From Macrostomum lignano (taxonomy: Eukaryota), in the NCBI GenBank assembly GCA_002269645.1, contig NIVC01004239.1:1-53665 (forward strand): a stretch of 53,665 nucleotides of DNA, read 5' to 3'. A model generated the notes under the pieces. The model saw nothing but the letters and a program-made list of their open reading frames with translations, ran no database searches and was not told the DNA's origin. The position numbers and the translations under genes were made by a program. This document shows, piece after piece, positions 1 through 8,412 of this stretch; the first letter of the stretch is position 1, and each line of letters begins with the position of its first letter.

Positions 1-345
1 AGATCTTTTCACAGCACGGACCCAGCCTCCCCCAACCAAAGCCCTATCTCTGATTACGTCATCATCTATACATCCCCATAGAAGCAGTTAGCAAGAAAAA
101 AATTTCGATGCACATATATGAACAATGCGAACCAAGCAAATCGCGCGTCTACCAAAGCCAACCCTACCATGTGTGCTGTAATTGCATTTGTCAATGTACA
201 CACCCTATGAATCAGTGTCTCCTTCTTTGGAACACACGAATGCATTAGTCAGAAAGTTTGGATGCAATTAAAAACTCTCTCGATACTTTGCGTATAAACG
301 AGTAATCGATTGAATCAATTGTACACTTGACACATTTAATTACGT
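1..345 (+). repeat. Diverged interspersed repeat, inverted homolog of about 1857-2165; runs off the window start
   Basis: Blocks shared with the reverse complement of 1857-2165: agatcttt[t/c]cacagcac[g/a]gacc, ctc[t/c]gattacgtcatc, tagcaagaaa, tgcatttgt[c/a]aatgtacaca[c/g]cctatgaatcagtgtctcc, attta[at/aa]tacgtg. Confidence 0.7.
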
Positions 346-911
346 GCTGCCATGCAACGGAAAGACAGGATAATGGGGTGGGTGGTCACGCAGCCTCATT
401 CTCTCTTTCCTACTGATTTTTCATTATCTATCAATCTCAGCTCTTTCCGGGGCAACTCGCGCATGTATGCATAGTTCCTCATCAGATTTACCACATGTTC
501 ATTTACATGTGATGTACATATGCAAGCGGCAGCCGATTTAAACCTGAGAAATGGTTGAAGTACTCCCCGACTATGACTAAATGCACGTACGTTCAGTCAA
601 ATACAGGAAAATTTGACACCCGTAGTATGAAGATGTAATCTTCACGAAAGCTTCACATGTTTATCTTTCTCTGTGGAAATGACGATAGTTTCTCAATAAA
701 AATCTGTCATAGGCCCAATATAGCAGTTTAAATATTTTCACGAAAATGTCGCATTCTTCCAAGAACTGATTTTTGCAAACTCTACTGTCAGTAGGAAGAT
801 GAGTTTTCATAGAGACATTTTGTAAAACATAGACTAAACTTTCAAATTATTCGTTTACACGACCAACTGTCTATATTAATGGTGGGGTTATTATTACTTT
901 ACAGAAAAACG

Positions 912-1169
912 CATGTCCTGTGTTACGACACTGCCTAGCAACCGTATAATTTTATTAATACATGAACTAGCACTCCTATTTTACATTCATTGAGAGGCGG
1001 CGGCAGCGGGCGGAGGCGGCAGTAGAGACAGGGACTGTGCTGCGCACAGTCACGGTCTGGCCACCCTCCACCCGCTGCCGCCGCCTCTCAATGAATGTAA
1101 AATAGGAGTGCTAGTTCATGTATTAATAAAATTATACGGTTGCTAGGCAGTGTCGTAACACAGGACATG
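912..1169. repeat. Perfect 99-bp inverted repeat (arms 912-1010 and 1071-1169) around a 60-bp partly self-complementary spacer
   Basis: Arms compared base by base and are identical reverse complements. The spacer contains gactgtgc/gcacagtc and ggagg/cctcc pairings. No flanking TSD seen. Confidence 0.95.
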
Positions 1170-1775
1170 ATTTCTAGCAATTTAGGCTTCAATAGCCATG
1201 TCTTTGGTTGATTCTGGGGTGGCTTGTGGATGTTCGTGGGGGTTCATTCCTGCTTCAAAGCTGTCTAAGGTCAAGTTGAAAGCGACATTTGGACAAATTA
1301 GCTGTTGAAAGTATGGTTTCTAGTGATGAAACTACTGATTTTGATCAATAAAGTCTGCATTTTAACGTAAAAAATGCATAAAAACTGTGAAAAATTGTAT
1401 TTTCTTCTGAAAAAATGTGCATTTCTAGCAATTTAGGCTTCAATAGCCATGTCTTTGGCTGATTTTGGGCTGGCTTGTGGATGTTTGTGTGGGGTTCATT
1501 CCTGCTTAAAAGCTGTCTAAGGTCAAGTTGAAAGCGACATTTGGACAAATTAGCTGTTGAAAGTATGGTTTCTAGTGATGAAACTACTGATTTTGATCAA
1601 CAAAGTCTGCATTTTAAGGTTAAAATCGTAAAAAAACTGTAAAAAGCTGCATTTTAATGAAAAAATGTGCATTTCTAGTCATTTAGCTTTTAAAATAACC
1701 AAATTTCTTGTCTGAAATTCCAACTTTACTTTGTATGGAGAGGTCAGTGCATGATTCATTCCTGCTTCTAACAGA
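1170..1775. repeat. Tandem repeat with a 250-251 bp unit, two full copies plus a degenerate third
   Basis: atttctag[ca/tc]attt recurs at 1170, 1421 and 1671. Copies 1 and 2 are nearly identical. Confidence 0.9.
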
Positions 1776-1856
1776 TTAAACCGACCGTCTCAAAGACCAA
1801 GTCTGAAAGCTTGAAGTGAGAAGGTAGGGGAGGCGGAGAGGCAGAATTGAATAGCC

Positions 1857-2165
1857 TCACGTATTTAAATTTGTGGACTTCACTACTTCTAGTAAACGCA
1901 AGGGTGACTTATACTACTTACAAGTTTAGATCAAGTAAATCAGAATTGCATGCGGTGGAGACACTGATTCATAGGCTGTGTACATTTACAAATGCAGCTG
2001 GGGTTTGTCAATGCAGGTAGAGGTTGGCGGACTCGGATTTGCTCGCGGGGGTTGATGTGTGCATTAAAAGTTGGTTTCTTGCTATCTGGGGCGGCATGGA
2101 TGACGTAATCGGAGAAGAGAGGGGTTTTGAAGTTTAATATATGGTCTGTGCTGTGGAAAGATCTG
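1857..2165 (-). repeat. Second, inverted copy of the repeat at the window start
   Basis: See 1-345. ORF 1940..2368 overlaps it but has no recognisable domain. Confidence 0.65.
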
Positions 2166-2992
2166 TCTGTACACTGAAAATGAAGAGAGGGTCGAAATTC
2201 CTTGGCATTTAGAAGGGGACAGAGAGAACAGGGGCGAGTGTTAAAATTTAGCTCGATTTTGCTATGGGGTCTGCGCTGTGAAGACGAGTCTGGTGAACAT
2301 CGGAGGGGTGGCTGTTTTCGAACAGGGTTGAATTTGACTATGGTCCGAGTTAAAGGGTGATTCAGCATTCAGTATAGGAGCTTCGAGGGGATGGTTTACT
2401 GTAATTAAAGCGCGACGAAGCTTCTTGTATCATACCCACTGTCAATAGAAATATAAAGCACTGCTTCAACACAGTCCTGCATTTGGGGGGCAGACTTGGG
2501 AGAGGTTTAAAATCATTTATGAAGAGAAAATTATTGAAAAACAATGTAAAATTTTCTGTATATTCTATTTGCTGGTGATGGTGTACATGTCTCGATTCCT
2601 GTAATATGCTACTGATTAAATGTAAATATATCTTCATTGTAAATACTTATACATGATGTACGCTACACTGTTAGTTGACTCATTTGGTAGTAGATGAGAT
2701 TAGTAATTCTCGCCTCTGCGTACATGTAGTATTGTACATGTAATTTTGGTGCGCGCTCAGACCGTCTGGGGATGACACTGTAGATTAATGTGAGTGTACA
2801 TATAGAATTGGGGATAGACAATTTGGGATAGGGATTAATGTACATGGAATTAATGTACATATCCAATTTGAGATAGATAGGGATTAATGTACATGGAATT
2901 AATGTACATATATGAGCACATGGATTATTACGACTACATATTGCCATATATCACGCTTAGGATAGCGTTTTCGTATACTACTTACTTCATTT

Positions 2993-5900
2993 TCAGATAG
3001 TAGTATAATTTGCGTTTTTTGCGTCAAAACATCTGAAAACCCGGCAGACCCGGCGCGATACGTAGTTGTACAGCTCGAAGTCCGGGGTTTCGATGTACAC
3101 ATCAAGGATATTGACTGGAAGGGGGGCGTATGTCAGACAGTCACGGGATGACAGCTGTGTGTCAGACAGTTATGGGATGACAGCTGTGTGTCAGACAGTC
3201 ACGGGATGACAGCTGTGTGTCAAACAGTCACGGGATGACAGCTGTGTGTCAGACAGTCAGGGGATGACAGCTGTGTGTCAGACAGTCACGGGATGACAGC
3301 TGTGTGTCAAACAGTCACGGGATGACAGCTGTGTGTCAGACAGTCACGGGATGACACCTGTGTGTCAGACAGTCACGGGATGACAGCTGTGTGTCAGTCA
3401 CAGAATGGCAGCTGTGTGTCAGACAGTCACAGTATGTGTCAGTATTCCAGAATTCGGGGTGCTTCAGGATATCTGAACTAATTAAAAGATGTGTCAGGAA
3501 GTCTAACACGGCGGTGCAGTGGAATGCATTGAAGGTCTACCAGCGCTCACCAGTCAGGATGGAGGGTTCAGCATCGAAGCGGAAGGTCCGAGAGCCGTTA
3601 AGAAGCGCCTGTCGCATCGCAGTCCAGTCAATGCAGGAGTCCTTGGTGTTGGTGAGGCTCTTGTAGCCAGTGTAGCGCAGGTACTCCCCGCTGCTCACCT
3701 GGTCCTCGCTATTTAATGCCAAACAGTCAAACCCGGGCGAGATCGCTGGTGAAAGATTAACAAAAAAATGAAATTTAATTTTAGTCGAAATACAACGTAT
3801 TCTTTGCGATACAGTCTACTACAGTGCGATACAGTCTACTACAGTGCGATGTAGTCTACTACAGTGTGATACAGTCTACTACAGTGTGATACAATCTACT
3901 ACAGTAGCTAGTAAAGGCTTACGACAGAACGGTACGTTGCAGTAGGTGGCTGACAGCTGTCCGCTGTTGCCTCTATAGAAGCAGTAAGGGCCTTCGTTGA
4001 AACTGTCGATTGAAGCTCGGAAAGGAATGAACAGCGGGTTGGAACCTGCCCGAATCGGGTTGGAGGCTTTGGTGTGTTTTTTTGGCTCAATAACTCACGC
4101 ATGAACTCACTCATGTACTCACTCATGAACTCACCCATGAACTCACCCATGAACTCATTACAGAACTCATGAACATTCACTCTCTTCCATTCACCCAACA
4201 TACTGATCAGCCCACTCGCATTAAACCGCCAAATCGCACCTGAGCTCCGAACTTGATAGACAATCGCGGCAGCGTCTCCGCCGCAGGCTTCGGCGATATT
4301 TCCCCGGCACTTCCGGCTGCAAGCGAAGTCGCTAAGGGACAGCGCGGTGACATTGCTGACCTCTTCACCGCAGAGGCACTGGTCACCGTGCAGAGCCATG
4401 TAGGTGTAATTGGCCACGTAGCAGCACTCCGCGCAGCGCTCGTGATTCATCCAACCGTATGGATCTTGCAGGCACAGGTGCGGAAAGTCCGCTGCACTCG
4501 CATTTTTATCCAGACAGCCAACGTACAGGTGCATCTGGTCTGGAATATGGTGAATCATTCTCTATGGTGACTCACAAGCTTTAATTTCTCTACCCTCAAT
4601 GAGTGTACACTGGTGACTCATTCTCCAGCGCACAAACCTCAATTTCTCTACCCCCAATGAGTGTACATTGGTGACTCATTCTCCAGCGCACAAACCTCAA
4701 TTTCTGTATCCCCAATGAGTGTACATTGACGACAAATATCTTTCCTAGCCTGCACCCTCACAAAAACATGCAATCCTAAAGCATAGGCTATTAATCGCAA
4801 TCTCAGTTATTTTTACAGGCTGAAAAAGGCTCACTCACGAGTGGAATTATCTTGAAAACTCTTCAGTGGCAAACCGCGGGGCTGCCTGCACTTGCTGTCG
4901 TCCTCGGAGTAGCCCATGGCCAAGATTTGAGCTGCCAGCGGCACCCCAGCGGCCTGAAGCTCCCTGGCCGCAGAATTCCAGCCGATGCAGTTAGCGGTGG
5001 ACAAGTAGGGAGCAATTTTTGGCAGATTATTGATGTCGGACACTGGTTCCCTGACCTGGGCGGTGCCGAACAGATGTACGATGGACAAGTTTCCTATGTA
5101 CTCTTCTCCGCCAAGTGTTGTACGGCAGGTGCTGACAGAGGCTAAAATAACCGCAAGTGAAAATAACTAAGTAATACTAGAACGTTGCTACTACCGCGTG
5201 TCTAAGAAGTACATAGTGGGATCCTGGGCAATATACTGTGGTTTATTTTTTATTCCTACTTGACACAATTTAATCACATTTTATGAAATGATTGTTGCCT
5301 TATTATTTGTCTATCCTCTATCTGTCTTATATGCATGCACAAAGGGCTTTAGCCCCAGGGGCGCCAGCACCAGGGGCGCCAGCACCAGGGGCGCCAGCAC
5401 CAGGGGCGCCAGCACCAGGGCGCCAGCACCAGGGGCGCCAGCACCATGGCCAAAAGCATCACAGAATCGCAGGTTCCTCACTGTTCTTTCCATAGTGCAA
5501 GGACTGCGAGATGTTGCTCTCAACTGCCGAGATCACGTGCAGCAGCCCCTGGGCAGCCGGTCCATACTGGGCAGCGCTAGTCGTGCCGGATTCTGGGCTC
5601 CAATGGATGTCGAATTTCAGCTGCTTCTTGCAGTCGGTGTCGCAGGTCAGGGCCCTGGTCAGCTCTTTGATGTTCACCTGGAATGTTGTAAAATATGGCG
5701 CTACGCCTGCAGCAATGGCGCCAGCCAGAAGGGGCACCAGCAAGAACTTCAGTTACTGTAAACTACTGTGTACACGTACAGTTGAAATACATCAGTGCAT
5801 AAATTGTCATAGCAACCTCGATCCTCAGAGCGCCTCACCTGCGGACTTGCCCGACTCATAGTAACCAAATCGGTCGGGCAAAAGTACACGTCGGGAAACT

Positions 5901-6129
5901 CGAACGGCAACGAAGTGCTCAGACTGGTTCTCAGAGGCACCGCGGCGAACTGCTGGCCGAGGCTGTACATGTGGAAAGTGAAGCCGCCGTAGGTGCCCAG
6001 CAGGAAGCAGATCCACAGGCCGCGGCCGATGGCGCCAGTCTGGGCCCCGAAGCGGCCGAGCCCGTGCGCGGTAGTGTAACCGCAGAACTGCCGCATCAGC
6101 GACTCGTCATCTTCTTCTTTGGTTGCCAT
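2993..6129 (-). CDS. DEG/ENaC (ASIC/ENaC superfamily) channel-like gene with inserted kringle-like and WSC modules; 3' part (thumb, TM2) not resolved in the window
   Basis: Exons: 6129-5839, 5677-5482, 5141-4839, 4539-4240, 3745-3551, 3114-2993(?). All have GT-AG boundaries and consistent phase. Exon 1 encodes FCGYTTAHG (pre-TM1 HG motif), TM1 LWICFLLGTYGGFTFHMYSL and FEFPDVYFCP (FPxVTxCN-like). Exon 4 is a WSC domain. Exons 3 and 5 are kringle-like. Family call is strong; exon 6 and the end point are uncertain. Confidence 0.75.
3131..3435. repeat. Intronic minisatellite, 29-bp unit, about 10 copies
   Basis: gtcagacagtcacgggatgacagctgtgt starts at 3132, 3161, 3190 and onward. Confidence 0.95.
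3551..3745 (-). CDS. Second partial kringle-like exon (195 nt, phase 1-1)
   Basis: FDCL...YTGYKSLTNTKDSCIDW resembles the kringle N-terminal half Y-x-G-x2-S-x-T-x3-C-x2-W. Acceptor tttcaccag|CG and donor G|gtgagc. Confidence 0.55.
3805..3905. repeat. Intronic minisatellite, 20-bp unit, about 5 copies
   Basis: Unit gcgatacagtctactacagt repeated head to tail. Confidence 0.9.
4093..4175. repeat. Intronic 12-bp repeat
   Basis: tcacccatgaac-type units; these produce the EFMGEFMGEFMSE tail of ORF 3908..4558. Confidence 0.85.
4240..4539 (-). CDS. WSC-domain exon (300 nt, phase 1-1) of the DEG/ENaC-like gene
   Basis: YVGCL...MNHERCAECC...YTYMALHGDQCLCG...CSRKCRGNIAEACGG...VY matches the WSC cysteine pattern. 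Acceptor attccag|AC and donor G|gtgcga. Confidence 0.9.
4565..4735. repeat. Intronic repeat of about 58 bp, 3 copies
   Basis: tggtgactca...aatgagtgtaca starts at 4565, 4611 and 4669. Confidence 0.85.
4839..5141 (-). CDS. Degenerate kringle-like exon (303 nt, phase 1-1)
   Basis: CRTTLGGEEYIGNLS...NCIGWNS...SKCRQPRG follows the kringle pattern C-x-G-x-Y-x-G...C-x2-W...CRNP. Only 3 of the 6 canonical Cys are present. Confidence 0.6.
5355..5445. repeat. Intronic 15-bp GC-rich repeat, 6 copies
   Basis: Unit ccaggggcgccagca. Confidence 0.95.
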
Positions 6130-6509
6130 GGAAACCAGATTCGATAATATATTAATTATTATTTTTTTAAACTGTTTTAATAGGGTTTTAAGAGGGTTTG
6201 ACTTTTTATGGAATTAATTTAACGGCGAGGGTAGCCATTAATGATAGTTAAATCCTTGGGAATCCTTGGGATTGGGAAGGCTGCTGATTGGCCAGTGTTT
6301 GTATCTAATTAATCTGACCAGCATGAAATTTACTGACGCGCAATCAATTTTAGTAGAACTCTTTGGTCCCTTGAGTTCAATTTGCTCAATTAATTATAAT
6401 TAAAACAATATTATAGACGCCCGCTAACCTGTGAGTTAATTAAAAAAGCTTCACATATCCCATAATGCTTTGAATGGTTTGATTCCATAATAATTATGAA
6501 TAATTTATT

Positions 6510-7075
6510 ACATGTATACCCTGCCCTAATGGGCACAGGTGCAACCGACAGCTCAGCCGCATCTGAAGGCTGCGTACGGCTGTTCAGTTACTCATCAATT
6601 ACCCCAGCTAATGCTGGCACCCATTTTACAGCTGGGAACTGAAGCAATTCAGAGCTAAAGTCAAGGACCACTGTAGTATATAACAGGACGTAAAACTAAA
6701 ATTCCTGGGAAAAATACACTGCGGAGATAGAAAAAATATTTTTTTCATCCCACAATCAAAGATTGCATTTGATCTGAGGCAGTGAAGATTATTATTCTTT
6801 TAATTTATATGTAACATGCACAGCATGTCACTCTGTTATGTTCTCTATAGTTGTGATGAAAAAAAAGAATTCTTCCTTTCTCCCTGGGGCATTCTTTCTA
6901 AGAAATTGGCCTCCAAAAATACACGATCTTTGAGTTTTACGGCCTGTTATACGAAATATACGACTACTATACAGTGGTCCTTAAGGTCCTTAATCCTCAA
7001 GCTTAGTGGCTTGCTCAAAACCTGCAATTTGTTCTGTGTGGGTTAAGAATCGAACCCCCGACCTTTCTAATCGCT
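6510..7075 (+). mobile_element. SINE-like relic split by a MITE
   Basis: gctggcacccattttacagctggg...gaagcaat (about 6613-6648) and agtggcttgctcaa...gaatcgaacccccgaccttt (about 7005-7066) match, from memory, the central and 3' motifs of widespread invertebrate SINEs. They are separated by the 6665-6980 insertion. Confidence 0.45.
6665..6980. mobile_element. Non-autonomous TIR element, Kolobok-like (GG..CC ends, TTAA-type target)
   Basis: Ends ggaccactgta...tacagtggtcc with subterminal tataacagg[a/c]cgtaaaact in inverted orientation. Flanks are tcaa (6661-6664) and ttaa (6981-6984). Confidence 0.65.
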
Positions 7076-8412
7076 ATCGCTGTGTATAAAATAGTGTAGG
7101 CAAATTCGGTATTCGCGGGTGGATTCTCTATTGGTGTGAATTGTGATTCAGGTGGAATTTGCGTTTTTTAGGTTGCAGCTGTGCACACGACCGGGTGCAC
7201 TTTGGCGACTGGCTGACTGTATAAATTTAGACTTAAGGCCTCCCTTCCCCTTTCCTTGTCGTTTGTCTTCCCCGTACTTGTGTTTTGATTGACTGCGGCT
7301 CTCCTCGCTCTCGCACTACTCGCTGTTTTTGCGTGTGGCATTAGTTTTAATTCTATGTAAAAAGTGACTGAATTAGTCACAATCGGGTGTGCGCAACAGA
7401 GAACGATCGAGTTTTGTGAACATGTGAAGATCGATCGCGTCAAATTTGGTCTGGCTGTCACTATAAAATTTACTGAAACAAGTAGTATGCGAAGCTTACA
7501 TTGTGCATCAATCTGCAACTAGCATGGGTACGGAACCAACCGCGGGTAATCATAGGCCGGTGGATTCTGTAATACACTGTATGTCTACAGATTATAGATT
7601 ACATGTTCATACTGTACACATGTTTTTGTTGAGCCATCATGTACATGTAATGCGGGCTAGGCGGATTCTGTGTATTTGGGTGCTATTGTGGCGGATCCCG
7701 CTTCGGGCGGGTTACGCTTACGGCGGATATAAACGATATTGATCAGGGGGGACTACATACACTGCATGTTACAATTGCAGATATAGCAATCACGGGACTC
7801 GTAGGAGACTATAAATCATGAAATTTAGAACTATTTTGGATCCAGTAGTAACTTAGTAAGTACTTTACTGGAACAGGTAGCTTTAAAACCTAAGTACACA
7901 CAATTGTATGCACGAGTGTTAATTCTAAATAATTAAAATTTGAAATGAAAAAATGCATTTATGCATTTAAAATTTTAGCGAGTTATATTTAGGAATTTAC
8001 GATTGATTTTAAAACAAATGATGTCAAAAAGTTTCACACGTTTTACTTAAAAAACCCTTGATTGTTTTTAGAGCATACAAATTGTAAAAGTTTTTTATGA
8101 ATACAAAGAAAATTACTTTTAACTTAGAGCTGGTGTACGCTGACTGTATCTTAGGAATATTTCCAATTTAATAAGCCCACTCACAATTTGCTAAGCACAA
8201 ATTTCTTAGAAAGACGTAAACACCCTTTCCTGTCCGTTTGGTAGTCAGCTGATCTTCTTCCTTGTTAGTTTAAAAAAAGTTTCCTGTTTAGAAACCTAAA
8301 GCTGTTTTTTTGCAATATTTCGTTGTCTTTCTGTATGTTTTCTAGAATTCAAGTAGCTTGCTGAGTTACTAGGTAGTTTTATTCAATTTACTTTGTGTGC
8401 TTTCACTTCAGA

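Noticed and set aside
425-500. Minus-strand ctgatga...ggaaa as a hammerhead ribozyme
   Set aside because: Stem II does not close as G...C-GAAA, and I could not form stems I and III.
1940-2637. ORFs of 142 and 91 aa as Penelope/LINE or DEG/ENaC exons
   Set aside because: No RT, GIY-YIG or ENaC motif could be defended. Part of the region is a diverged copy of the repeat at 1-345.
3440-3502. Possible extra DEG/ENaC exon (DILKHPEFWNT...)
   Set aside because: It has in-frame acceptors but no credible donor before the 29-bp array, where the frame stops. The direct 3551-to-3114 junction is simpler.
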